Assembly: GCA_002352345.1 (NCBI GenBank)
Contig: DEIG01000016.1
Span: 7,419 to 71,418, forward strand
Direction of reading: 5' to 3'
Source of the DNA: Methylococcaceae bacterium UBA2780
GTDB lineage: Bacteria > Pseudomonadota > Gammaproteobacteria > Methylococcales > UBA2780
Length of the DNA: 64,000 nt
Within the stretch, counting starts at the first letter, position 1, and each line of letters opens with the position of its first letter. The notes beneath the pieces are model-generated. The model had not been told where the DNA came from. It worked only from the letters and a program-made list of their open reading frames with translations, and did no database searches. The translations under genes were made by a program, and so were the position numbers. Positions 1 through 9,459 of this stretch are shown in pieces.

Positions 1-8
1 TCTATGTT

Positions 9-422
9 TTGGTGAAAAAAACGGGTATTACATCGATAGAAGGTTTTTCTACGGTTGCGATTTGCCTCATTATCCTCACACCTTTTTGCGGCTTTCTCTT
101 TGATTGTGGTTGCACTTGGCCGTGGAGCGGTCTTGAAAGCCACTGCAATATTCATGATCCACTCGCAGAGCATCAGTGTCCTTGGTGTGCCTCTTTAGTT
201 GCGGGCGTTCTTTCTTCAGCAGCTGCTGTTTTGGCGGCTCTTTTCGCTACAACCACTTTTGTGAATAGCTTAAACCAGAAGAATCACTCTATTTTGAGTC
301 CACGGTTTTTGTTTGCTTTAACTATTGGGTTGGTTGCTTTTTTAATTGTGGCCGCAATAACGGGGTGGGCCTCAGGTGCAGTGCAAGACTATCCTGTTTT
401 TATCACGAAAACTGGGCTATAG
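9..422 (+). CDS. hypothetical Cys/His-rich integral membrane protein
   Basis: 137-aa ORF with about 4 hydrophobic segments and a clustered Cys/His pattern (FCGFLFDCGCTWPW...HCNIHDPLAEHQCPWCAS). It has a non-ATG start 9 nt from the window edge and the frame is open to the edge, so the 5' end is uncertain. No family recognised. Confidence 0.4.
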   Translation: MVKKTGITSIEGFSTVAICLIILTPFCGFLFDCGCTWPWSGLESHCNIHDPLAEHQCPWCASLVAGVLSSAAAVLAALFATTTFVNSLNQKNHSILSPRFLFALTIGLVAFLIVAAITGWASGAVQDYPVFITKTGL

Positions 423-1016
423 CTTTTTTTCCAAGGCAACTAAGTCCTCAGCTGTATTGATATTAAGGAACATCTCTTTAGCATCTGAGAAATCAACAAT
501 GGCTGCTCTGTTTTCCACATACCAACTATCAAGCTTACGCTGGCCAGTTTTAAGATATGACTCAAGCGAAGAGTTAAGTTGGTTACTGATCAGCGCGAAA
601 ACAGGTTGAAGCCGCTCCCCATCATGAGCAACAGCTATCAGGCTCTTGCTGTTACAAATTCCACTGTATAACCGCTCAACCAGATTATCTGAAATAAGCG
701 GGCTATCGCAAGGCACAACCATAAGGAATGGATCATTTGAATAGGAAAGTGCGGTGTAGATTCCGGCTAAAGGGCCATCAAAGTTACCGAACTGATCACC
801 GATTACTGGATAACCGTACTGCTGATATTGCTCAGTATGTTGGTTTGCATTAATGATAAGCGTATTAACCTGTGGGCCGAGTTTTTCAAGGGTGTAACGA
901 ATCATCGTTTTCCCTTTAAGTTTAAGAAGTGCCTTTTCCTGACCGCCCATGCGCCGAGAAAGGCCGCCAGAAAGGACTACCCCGGTAATTTTAGGTCTGT
1001 TTTCTAATGCGTTCAT
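417..1016 (-). CDS. mobA: molybdenum cofactor guanylyltransferase (MobA)
   Basis: 199 aa. Motifs ITGVVLSGGLSRRMGG-QEKALL, GPLAG, VPCDSP and HDGERLQPVFALI are colinear with E. coli MobA as I remember it. Confidence 0.85.
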   Translation of the reverse strand: MNALENRPKITGVVLSGGLSRRMGGQEKALLKLKGKTMIRYTLEKLGPQVNTLIINANQHTEQYQQYGYPVIGDQFGNFDGPLAGIYTALSYSNDPFLMVVPCDSPLISDNLVERLYSGICNSKSLIAVAHDGERLQPVFALISNQLNSSLESYLKTGQRKLDSWYVENRAAIVDFSDAKEMFLNINTAEDLVALEKKL

Positions 1017-1107
1017 TCTGGCTTTTTTGTGTTCTCAATTCTGGTCAAAAAGGGCAATACATGGTACAAATGCATCCCTTGTTAAGCTCCCACAGATAGT
1101 ACATTTA

Positions 1108-2031
1108 ATGAGTCCTTCAGTCATCGTTAATGCCACCCATTTGGCAAAAAGCTACAATGGAAAAATGGTTGTGAAGGATATTAATCTTTCAATCAAAAAG
1201 GGCGAGTGCTGTGGCATTTTGGGGCCTAATGGTGCAGGGAAAACGACAACGATGCGGATGTTGGTTGGCCATACTAAAGCCGACAAGGGAATGCTTGAAG
1301 TTCTGGGGTTTTCCATCCCCGACCGTGCTAGAGAGATGCGCTCAAAAGTGGGGGTTGTTCCACAAATTGATAATCTTGATCCTGACTTTTCTGTTTCTGA
1401 AAATCTCTATAGCTATGGGCGCTATTTTGGCTATAGCCGGAAGGTGCTTGAGCCCCGTATTCAAAAACTACTGGATTTTGCCTCTCTTCAGGATAAAGCG
1501 GATAGCCGTATTCAGTCACTGTCTGGCGGGATGAAAAGGCGACTTACTTTAGCGCGTTCATTGATCAACGAACCTGACTTATTGATTCTAGATGAGCCAA
1601 CAACCGGTCTTGACCCCCAAGCAAGGCAGCTTATTTGGCAGCAGTTACGTCAACTCCAGAAGGAGGGGCTTACGATCATCATCTCCACGCATTACATGGA
1701 AGAGGCTGAGCGTCTTTGTGATCGAATTATTGTGATGGATAAAGGGGATATATTGGCAGACAATCGGCCGGAGTCTCTTATTGATGAGCAGATTGAACCG
1801 CATGTTCTAGAGGTACATGGTGAGGGTGTCCACGAGTGGCATAGCACTTTAAAACTTGAGGCAGGAATTCGCTATGAGCAAGTTGGAGAAACCCGATTTT
1901 ATTATGGCTTAGAGCTTAAAGAGCTAATAGAAACCCTAGATGGGTGGGGTGGTTTGCGCTACCTCTATCGACCTGCAAATCTTGAAGATGTTTTCCTGAA
2001 ATTAACAGGCAGAGACCTTAGGGATGATTGA
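1108..2031 (+). CDS. ABC-2 type exporter ATP-binding protein (NodI-like)
   Basis: Walker A GPNGAGKTT, signature LSGGMKRRL, Walker B LLILDEPTTGLD, H-loop STHYMEEA, C-terminal LEDVFLKLTG. The start is moved from the track's 949 to the ATG at 1108 because the 949 start overlaps mobA by 68 nt and adds non-ABC sequence. Confidence 0.85.
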   Translation: MSPSVIVNATHLAKSYNGKMVVKDINLSIKKGECCGILGPNGAGKTTTMRMLVGHTKADKGMLEVLGFSIPDRAREMRSKVGVVPQIDNLDPDFSVSENLYSYGRYFGYSRKVLEPRIQKLLDFASLQDKADSRIQSLSGGMKRRLTLARSLINEPDLLILDEPTTGLDPQARQLIWQQLRQLQKEGLTIIISTHYMEEAERLCDRIIVMDKGDILADNRPESLIDEQIEPHVLEVHGEGVHEWHSTLKLEAGIRYEQVGETRFYYGLELKELIETLDGWGGLRYLYRPANLEDVFLKLTGRDLRDD

Positions 2032-2806
2032 TCTCCTAACCCCACAGGGTGCATTCTCTCGCTGTTTCTCCGTTTGGCTACGCAATGCTAAGGTTTGGAG
2101 CAAACTTGCCGGCTCATCCCTGCTCGGAAGTTTTGCAGAACCTCTGTTTTATCTTTTTGCGCTAGGTTATGGCTTGGGTCAATTTATCGGTAGCGTAGAG
2201 GGTATGAGTTATATCGTTTTTTTGGCATCGGGTATCCTCTCGACGAGCACAATGAATACGGCAACTTTTGAGGGGCTTTATCTTGCGTATACTCGAATGG
2301 AAGTCCAGCGAACTTGGGATGGGATGCTTTCGACACCATTGGGTGTGACTGATATTGTGCGCGGTGAGGTACTTTGGATGGGTACTAAAAGTGTTATCAG
2401 CGCACTTGCCATTCTTTTGGTAACAACACTCTCTGGTTTTGTTGAGAGCACAACAGCACTTTGGGTATTGCCAATTGCATTTCTTACCGGCTGTTGTTTT
2501 GGGTCGATTGCGCTAACGGTTACGGCGCTCTCTAGAAGCTATGATTTCTTTATGTACTACCTTTCACTGGTGGTAACACCGATGGTGCTGCTCAGTGGTG
2601 TTTTTTTTCCTCTGACGTCCCTGCCAGAGGTGGTGCGAGACGGAGTGTCAGCCCTGCCATTGTTTCATATTGTAGAAATGGTCAGGCCTTTAATGACGGG
2701 CGGGTTTCCTGATAACCTGTTGATACATATAGCCGTACCGGTTATTTATTGCCTCTCTTTTTTAAGCATCGCAATTTTACTACTTAAAAAACGCCTTCTT
2801 AAATAA
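2024..2806 (+). CDS. ABC-2 type exporter permease (NodJ-like)
   Basis: 260-aa polytopic protein with about 6 hydrophobic segments. It overlaps the upstream ATPase gene by 8 nt, the typical NodI/NodJ-type pairing. Confidence 0.75.
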   Translation: MIDLLTPQGAFSRCFSVWLRNAKVWSKLAGSSLLGSFAEPLFYLFALGYGLGQFIGSVEGMSYIVFLASGILSTSTMNTATFEGLYLAYTRMEVQRTWDGMLSTPLGVTDIVRGEVLWMGTKSVISALAILLVTTLSGFVESTTALWVLPIAFLTGCCFGSIALTVTALSRSYDFFMYYLSLVVTPMVLLSGVFFPLTSLPEVVRDGVSALPLFHIVEMVRPLMTGGFPDNLLIHIAVPVIYCLSFLSIAILLLKKRLLK

Positions 2807-2824
2807 TAAAGCGGTTAACTGTTT

Positions 2825-3877
2825 CTATAACTGAGAATCATCAATAACTCGATTGCGCCCAGTTTCTTTTGCTTTGTACAAGCAATCATCTGCGCGGCCA
2901 ATTAATGTATCAATTGTGTCACTTGGCTGAAGTTTGGCGGCACCAATTGAAATGGTGATCTCGCCAATCGATTCACCATTATCTTTTCTTTGCAGGCGGC
3001 TTTTCTCAAGCGCTATGCGTATTTTGTTTGCAATTTTTACAGCTTTATCATGGCTTGTGTCGGGCATGATTACAGCCATTTCTTCACCACCGTAACGCGC
3101 AACAAGATGATTGTCTTCCACATGCTGTTTCATTAAAGCGGAGGTGTAGCGAAGAACCTTGTCACCTACAAGGTGACCAAAATTATCATTAACCCGCTTG
3201 AAATGATCAAGATCCATCATTAAAAGAACAACACCCTGCGGATAGACTTCTGCAACTTCAATAATATTATTGAGTTCGTTGTCAAAGGCACGTCTATTCA
3301 ACAGCCCTGTCAAAGCATCGGTAATTGAAGCCTCTCTAACAACCTCGAGTTCTGAACGAAGTGTATCAATTTCACTATTTGTTTTATCTAATTCTTGTTT
3401 GAGTGATTGGGAAGCCTCTGTAAGGTGTGTAGTTTCTGCAATGATTTCTGAGACAATACTCTTGATATCAGAAATATCATCCGCATCTTCTAGCAATTTT
3501 GTTTTTTCAGAAAACTGACCGCTTGCATCCGATGCGGTTTCCCCTGCCTTGCTCACATCTTGCTGAGTTTTTCCTAAAAGCTTTAGCAGGTTGTTTCTAA
3601 CGTTCTCGAATGATTCGATAGAATCATTACAGATGTATTTTTTATATAATGCTTCGCTTGTTTTTGAATCAAATGGTGTTTTCTTTTCGATCATTTCATC
3701 AATGGCCTCTTTCAATGCGCCATTTTGCCCCGCAACGTATTCGTACCAAATTGCATAATTGGTGGGATCTGTTGAGATTTTATTTCGGGTCATCAACGGT
3801 AAAGCTTGGCGAAGATATTCCGCCGATTTTGTTGGTTGGTCTTTATACGATGGAAGAAAAGAGATGCTGTCGCTCAT
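2825..3877 (-). CDS. diguanylate cyclase (coiled-coil N-terminus plus GGDEF domain)
   Basis: C-terminal GGDEF domain: DALTGLLNRRAF, DLDHFKRVND, active site RYGGEEM, YKAKETGRNR. No RxxD I-site at the usual position upstream of GGEEM. Confidence 0.85.
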   Translation of the reverse strand: MSDSISFLPSYKDQPTKSAEYLRQALPLMTRNKISTDPTNYAIWYEYVAGQNGALKEAIDEMIEKKTPFDSKTSEALYKKYICNDSIESFENVRNNLLKLLGKTQQDVSKAGETASDASGQFSEKTKLLEDADDISDIKSIVSEIIAETTHLTEASQSLKQELDKTNSEIDTLRSELEVVREASITDALTGLLNRRAFDNELNNIIEVAEVYPQGVVLLMMDLDHFKRVNDNFGHLVGDKVLRYTSALMKQHVEDNHLVARYGGEEMAVIMPDTSHDKAVKIANKIRIALEKSRLQRKDNGESIGEITISIGAAKLQPSDTIDTLIGRADDCLYKAKETGRNRVIDDSQL

Positions 3878-3962
3878 TATTGAACCTATTATTATGTTGT
3901 ACCAAGCTAAAAGATTATGTCCTGAAAAAGTTAGTTCAAAAAACCAAACTTGCTAGCTATTT

Positions 3963-6900
3963 ATGAAGAAAAATATTGTTGAAATTCAGAAATCCATTGC
4001 AAATTGCCTTTGTAAAGATCGCTTCTTATTTAAGAAAAAACTAAGAAAACTAGGTAGCATAAAAGACGCAAGAAAAGACCTGTATCTTAATGAAATATAT
4101 AAAGATATAGTAATTTCAGTTGAGCACCATTCTAGACGACTAAATTTAGTACCTAAGCTTGAATTCCCTGACCTACCCATTAGCCAGAAAAGAGAGGAAA
4201 TTGGAAAAGTTATTTCTGAGAACCAAGTCACAATTATTTGTGGCGAGACGGGCTCGGGAAAAACGACTCAGTTGCCGAAAATTTGTCTAGAGCTAGGACG
4301 AGGAGTTGCCGGCTTGATTGGCCATACACAACCAAGGCGGTTAGCTGCAATTAGGGTCGCTGAAAGAGTTGCTGAAGAGATTGGTCAACCTGTTGGCGAG
4401 TCGGTTAGTTATAAGATTCGTTTTCAGGCAGTCGAGCATCGTGATTCATTAATTAAACTGATGACAGATGGGATCTTGCTGGCAGAGATAAAAAGCGATC
4501 CCTATCTAAGTCATTACGACACGTTGATTTTGGATGAGGCGCACGAAAGAAGCCTCAATATTGATTTCTTGCTCGGTTATTTGAAATGGCTTTTGCCTCG
4601 ACGCCGTGACCTAAAGTTGATAATTACCTCGGCAACAATTGATCCAGATCGCTTCTCACGTCATTTTGATAATGCACCGATAATCAATGTTTCAGGACGT
4701 AGCTTTCCTGTGGAGATGCGTTACCGACCTATTGAAGGCGAACTTGGTGATGAGACTGATCGAGACCTGCAGCAGGCAATTATTGACGCTGCAGCGGAGC
4801 TACATAGTGAGCGAGCGGGTGATATCCTCGTTTTCCTAAGTGGAGAGCGTGAAATTCGTGAGACTGCAGAATCTTTGAGGAAACACCACCCAGCTGATTG
4901 TGAGATTTTGCCACTTTATTCCCGTTTGAGCGCTAAAGAGCAGGCTAATGTTTTTCGGAGTCATTCAAAAACACGAATTGTCTTAGCCACCAATGTGGCG
5001 GAAACATCGCTGACTGTGCCCGGCATTCGTTGTGTAATTGATACCGGTGTTGCACGAATTAGCCGCTATAGTCATCGGAGTAAAATACAAAAGCTGCCGA
5101 TTGAAAAAATTTCTCAGGCTAGCGCCAATCAGAGAAGTGGCCGTTGCGGCCGCGTGGCTGCTGGAATCTGCATCAGACTTTATTCTGAGGATGATTTTAA
5201 CTTGCGCCCTGAGTTTACAGAGCCGGAGATACATAGAACAAACCTTGCTTCGGTTATTCTGCAGATGAAGTTATTAAATCTTGCAGATATAGCGCACTTC
5301 CCATTTGTTGAACCACCCGAAGATAAAATGATTCGCGGTGGAGTGAAGACTTTGCAAGAGCTAGGGGCTTTAGATCCTGCTCACAAGCTGACCCAAATTG
5401 GCCGGCAATTGGCTAAGTTTCCACTTGACCCCCAACTGAGTCGAATGGTTCTTTCTGCAAAAGAGCAGGGAAGCTTGGCTGAGGTTCTGGTGATTGTTTC
5501 TGCACTATCAATTCAAGATCCTCGTGAAAGACCGCTTGAATTTGCGCAGGCTGCCGATGAGAAACAAAGAAGATTCCGTGATGAGCAGTCTGATTTCATC
5601 AGTTTCCTAAATTTATGGAACTGTTTTCAGAAAGAAAAGCAACATCTTTCCAATAGCAAACTCCGCCGTTTTTGTCGTGATCACTTTATCTCTTATTTGC
5701 GGATGCGAGAGTGGCAGGAGATTTATCAGCAATTGATGAAAGTGGTGAAGGGGGAACTTGGTTTTAAGTTAAATAGCACACCCGCTGAATATGAGGCGAT
5801 TCATCGTGCCTTGCTCTCCGGCTTGATTACAAAAATCGGTTTCAAAAATGATCAATCAGAATATCTTGGGGCACGGAATACGAAGTTCTTTATTCACCCC
5901 GGCTCTGCTCTTTTTAAGGCGAAGCCAAAATGGATAATGGTTTCTGAACAGGTCGAAACAACCCGTATTTATGGCCGCAATGTGGCAGCTGTTCAGCCCG
6001 AATGGATTGAACAAGCAGCCTCACACCTGTTGAAACATCAACATTATGAGCCGCACTGGTCGAAGCGAGCAGGGCAGGCGATGGTGTATGAACGCTCAAT
6101 TTTATTTGGATTAATGCTCAACAAGGGGCGGAAAGTGCCGCTCTACAAAATGGATCCTCCCGGGGCGTGTGAACTGTTTATTCGCTCAGCGTTGGTTGAA
6201 CGAGATTTCGATTGCCGTGCTGAGTTTTTCAAGCATAATAAATCACTTCTTGAAACGGCCGATTATGAGCAGCAAAAAGGGCGCAGAGCTGATCTTGTTG
6301 TAGATGATGAGTGGCTTTTTAATTTCTATAGCGAGCGTATTCCTGCCACTATTTATGACGTAACCGGTTTTAACAAGTGGTTAAAAGAGCGTAAAAATCA
6401 AAAGTTGTTGAGACTCACTTTGGAGGAGATAACAGCCTCTAAGAGCGCTGAAATTGATGAAGTTAACTTTCCAGATCATTTTAGCTGTGGCGATGCTTCA
6501 GTCGCACTCGAATATCGTTTTGAACCTGGGCATGTCGACGATGGTGTAACGGCCATTATACCGCTGGCGCAATTGAATCAATTAACAGCTGAACCATTTG
6601 AATGGCTTGTTCCGGGACTTATCCGGGAAAAGATGATTTTATTGATCAAAGGGCTACCTAAGGCAATTCGCCGGAATTTTGTACCTGTACCGGATCATGT
6701 GGACCGTTGCCTACCTGAGCTACCTCTCTGGAAAGGTTCTCTTTACCAAGAGCTATCTAAGAAACTAACAAATATTTCTGGCACAACTGTTAACACCAAA
6801 GATTGGCTTCCAGAGAAGCTTCCATTACATCTGCAAATGAATTTCAGGTTGCTTGATGAAAAAGGTGAAAAAGTTAAAACATGCCGTGATTTAGGGCTGT

Positions 6901-7829
6901 TACAAAATGAGTTTTCTCTTGTGGCTAAGGAAAAATTTCATTCCACTTTGGAATCTGATGAGCAGAAGAGTGGCCTTTCTGACTGGGAATTTGGTGATAT
7001 CCCAAGGCAAAAAAGGCTTCAAAGTAACAATCATGAAATACTGGCTTATCCAGCCATGATCGACGAGCAGGAATCTGTCGGCCTGCAGCTGTTAGATTCT
7101 CAGAGCAAAGCAAAAACAGCACATCGTCAGGGAGTTATTAGGCTTTTTCGTCTCAAGCTAAAACGAGAGCTGAAACAGTTGGTGCGAAACCTATCGATTA
7201 ATGCAAAAGATGAGCTAATTTATAGTCGCCTACCCAAACACCCGTATAAGCAAATAGAGGAAAATGTGGATCTTTATGATGATTTACAACATTGTCTGAT
7301 TTCATCTCTGTTTTTAGATAATGAGATTCGCTCAGAGTTGGATTTTGAGCAGAGCCTTGAAGCTAATCGCTGCAATTTAAATAGCCGTGGATATGAAATT
7401 GCTGAATTGCTTTCAACAATACTATCTGATTATAAATCTGCTCTTGATAGCCTAAGCAGTTGGAAAAATCAAAAGCCGATAGGAGTTGATATCTTGCAAC
7501 AGTTAGGGGCGCTTCTTTACCTAGGATTTCTTCGCCATGTCCCATTGGAGAAGCTTAAGCAGTACCCACGTTATCTTAAGGCGATAACAATAAGACTTGA
7601 TAAGGTGGCAGGAAACTTACAAAGGGATAGCCAGAACTATGAGATTATCGAAAAATACCAGTCTCTATTTTGGCAATCGATGAGTGATGGTGTGCTGAAT
7701 CCAGAAGAAGATTCATTTAGGTGGCAGCTTGAAGAGCTGCGTGTTTCACTTTTTTCACAACCATTAAAAACAGCCTACCCAATTTCGCCTAAGCGGCTGG
7801 AAAAGGCGTGGAACAAAAGATCTAGCTAA
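3963..7829 (+). CDS. hrpA: ATP-dependent RNA helicase HrpA (DEAH box)
   Basis: 1288 aa. Motifs GETGSGKTTQLP, DEAHERS, TSATID, TNVAETSLTVPG and QRSGRCGR, with a long HrpA-type C-terminal extension. Size matches E. coli HrpA. Confidence 0.9.
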   Translation: MKKNIVEIQKSIANCLCKDRFLFKKKLRKLGSIKDARKDLYLNEIYKDIVISVEHHSRRLNLVPKLEFPDLPISQKREEIGKVISENQVTIICGETGSGKTTQLPKICLELGRGVAGLIGHTQPRRLAAIRVAERVAEEIGQPVGESVSYKIRFQAVEHRDSLIKLMTDGILLAEIKSDPYLSHYDTLILDEAHERSLNIDFLLGYLKWLLPRRRDLKLIITSATIDPDRFSRHFDNAPIINVSGRSFPVEMRYRPIEGELGDETDRDLQQAIIDAAAELHSERAGDILVFLSGEREIRETAESLRKHHPADCEILPLYSRLSAKEQANVFRSHSKTRIVLATNVAETSLTVPGIRCVIDTGVARISRYSHRSKIQKLPIEKISQASANQRSGRCGRVAAGICIRLYSEDDFNLRPEFTEPEIHRTNLASVILQMKLLNLADIAHFPFVEPPEDKMIRGGVKTLQELGALDPAHKLTQIGRQLAKFPLDPQLSRMVLSAKEQGSLAEVLVIVSALSIQDPRERPLEFAQAADEKQRRFRDEQSDFISFLNLWNCFQKEKQHLSNSKLRRFCRDHFISYLRMREWQEIYQQLMKVVKGELGFKLNSTPAEYEAIHRALLSGLITKIGFKNDQSEYLGARNTKFFIHPGSALFKAKPKWIMVSEQVETTRIYGRNVAAVQPEWIEQAASHLLKHQHYEPHWSKRAGQAMVYERSILFGLMLNKGRKVPLYKMDPPGACELFIRSALVERDFDCRAEFFKHNKSLLETADYEQQKGRRADLVVDDEWLFNFYSERIPATIYDVTGFNKWLKERKNQKLLRLTLEEITASKSAEIDEVNFPDHFSCGDASVALEYRFEPGHVDDGVTAIIPLAQLNQLTAEPFEWLVPGLIREKMILLIKGLPKAIRRNFVPVPDHVDRCLPELPLWKGSLYQELSKKLTNISGTTVNTKDWLPEKLPLHLQMNFRLLDEKGEKVKTCRDLGLLQNEFSLVAKEKFHSTLESDEQKSGLSDWEFGDIPRQKRLQSNNHEILAYPAMIDEQESVGLQLLDSQSKAKTAHRQGVIRLFRLKLKRELKQLVRNLSINAKDELIYSRLPKHPYKQIEENVDLYDDLQHCLISSLFLDNEIRSELDFEQSLEANRCNLNSRGYEIAELLSTILSDYKSALDSLSSWKNQKPIGVDILQQLGALLYLGFLRHVPLEKLKQYPRYLKAITIRLDKVAGNLQRDSQNYEIIEKYQSLFWQSMSDGVLNPEEDSFRWQLEELRVSLFSQPLKTAYPISPKRLEKAWNKRSS

Positions 7830-7903
7830 TTGAAGAACCTATCTCTTCTGTTAACAAAAGAGTTGCAAATGGGCTATATTTGTAAGGAAACTAACGGAAA
7901 CCT

Positions 7904-8497
7904 TTGATAGATTTGAAACCTAAGACCAACTTCATTTGTCGACTTATTATCCTCTGCGGCGTCACTCTTGCGCCGTTAGATGGCGTTGCGGATGTCTACA
8001 AACGTGTAGATGCAAATGGCCGTATTTATTACACAGATGAACCCGTAGGCAATCAGTATAAGCTGGTTTTTCGGACATCCAGAAAGCCTGTATCCGTCCG
8101 AGAAATGGAAGCCAATAAAAAAAGATTTTCACCTATTATCAATAGATTATCTAATAAAGTTAACCTTGATCCTAATCTTATTCACGCTTTAATTAGGACG
8201 GAATCAGCCTATAACCCTGATGTTGTATCAAAAAAAGGCGCGGTTGGTTTGATGCAGTTAATGCCAGGAACAGCAAAACGATACGGTGTATCAGATCGTC
8301 GAAATCCAATAGAAAATATTCGAGGAGGCGTAGAGTACTTTCGAGACCTAATGCGGCAATTTGATTCGGACTTGAAATTGGCGCTTGCAGCCTATAATGC
8401 GGGTGAAAATGCCGTGATTCGCTATGGAAATAAGATTCCTCCTTACCCGGAAACACAAAACTATGTGGCTAAAGTAATGGCTTTTTACAAATCATGA
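7904..8497 (+). CDS. lytic transglycosylase (SLT domain) with DUF4124-like N-terminus
   Basis: N-terminal signal/anchor, then VYKRVDANGRIYYTDEP (DUF4124-like). SLT catalytic region is IRTESAYNPDVVSKKGAVGLMQLMPGTA...AYNAGENAV. The TTG start is uncertain. Confidence 0.75.
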   Translation: MIDLKPKTNFICRLIILCGVTLAPLDGVADVYKRVDANGRIYYTDEPVGNQYKLVFRTSRKPVSVREMEANKKRFSPIINRLSNKVNLDPNLIHALIRTESAYNPDVVSKKGAVGLMQLMPGTAKRYGVSDRRNPIENIRGGVEYFRDLMRQFDSDLKLALAAYNAGENAVIRYGNKIPPYPETQNYVAKVMAFYKS

Positions 8498-9366
8498 CTC
8501 AAGAAAAGACAACACCAGAGCAACTTATCAGTAATAGCTTTGATTTAGTTTCATTACCTGAACTTTATTTTCAGGTGGATGAAATGATTGGCGATCCCCG
8601 CTATACAGCCGATGATATAGGGGAAGTTATTCTCACTGATCCCGCCATGACGGCGAAGCTTTTAAAAATTGTCAACAGTGCTTTTTATGGGCTTCCAGCA
8701 AAGATAGACACCTTAACGCGAGCGGTCACAATAGTTGGAATGGACGAGTTAAGATCCTTGATTTTAGCCTCTTCAGCAATTTATGAGTTCAATAAAATCC
8801 CAAATGATTTAGTGGATATGAGCGATTTCTGGATGCATTCCATCCATTGTGGTGTTATCGCTAAATTACTCGCTAAAAAAGGGACTGTTTTGCATTCTGA
8901 GCGTCTTTTTATCGCAGGTTTGCTTCATGATCTGGGATCATTGCTTATGTACAATAAACTTCCGGATCAATCTCGAGAAATACTCTCTACTACCAATGGT
9001 GATAGAAGATTGATTTCGGGCTTAGAAAAAGAGTTACTAGGTTTTACGCATGCAGATGTGAGTGCGGCCATTCTAGAGAAATGGGAGCTTTCGTCCGCCT
9101 TGATAGAGTCAATAAAATTCCACCTGAACCCAGGAGAGGCACCTAACCCTGTCTTGGAGGCGCATTTTGTTTATCTTGCAAACCTTCTATCTGGAGTTGA
9201 AGAAAATGGGGACTCTCTTCAGGATGCATTTGCAGAAATCAGTGATGAAACTTGGTCTATCACAGGCCTTTCTGAGCCTGATATTTTGGCAGTTATGGAG
9301 CAGGCGCCAGAGCAGCTAATGCAATTGTTTGGGCTTATGGTCCCCTCTTCAGTAGGCCAGTTTTAG
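8494..9366 (+). CDS. HDOD domain signalling protein
   Basis: Contains DPAMTAKLLKIVNSAFYGLPAKIDTLTRAVTIVGMDELRSL and LLHDLGSLLMY, typical of HDOD. Its start overlaps the stop of the upstream transglycosylase gene by 4 nt (ATGA). Confidence 0.75.
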   Translation: MTQEKTTPEQLISNSFDLVSLPELYFQVDEMIGDPRYTADDIGEVILTDPAMTAKLLKIVNSAFYGLPAKIDTLTRAVTIVGMDELRSLILASSAIYEFNKIPNDLVDMSDFWMHSIHCGVIAKLLAKKGTVLHSERLFIAGLLHDLGSLLMYNKLPDQSREILSTTNGDRRLISGLEKELLGFTHADVSAAILEKWELSSALIESIKFHLNPGEAPNPVLEAHFVYLANLLSGVEENGDSLQDAFAEISDETWSITGLSEPDILAVMEQAPEQLMQLFGLMVPSSVGQF

Positions 9367-9459
9367 TTATTTTGTTTTTTTAGCGTTAACTGGGTGGTGA
9401 CGCTTTATCAGATTTCTCTTATAGTGTCCTCAATATAATAAAAACTTTGAGGGGTTTCT

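Noticed and set aside
949-1107. N-terminal 53-residue extension of the ABC ATPase ORF given by the track.
   Set aside because: It overlaps the mobA coding region on the opposite strand by 68 nt and encodes Arg/Pro-rich, non-ABC sequence. The ATG at 1108 gives a normal distance to the Walker A motif.
3963-7829. Large DEAH helicase considered as a defence or mobile-element helicase.
   Set aside because: Its length, motifs and C-terminal region match housekeeping HrpA, and there are no nuclease or methylase neighbours.
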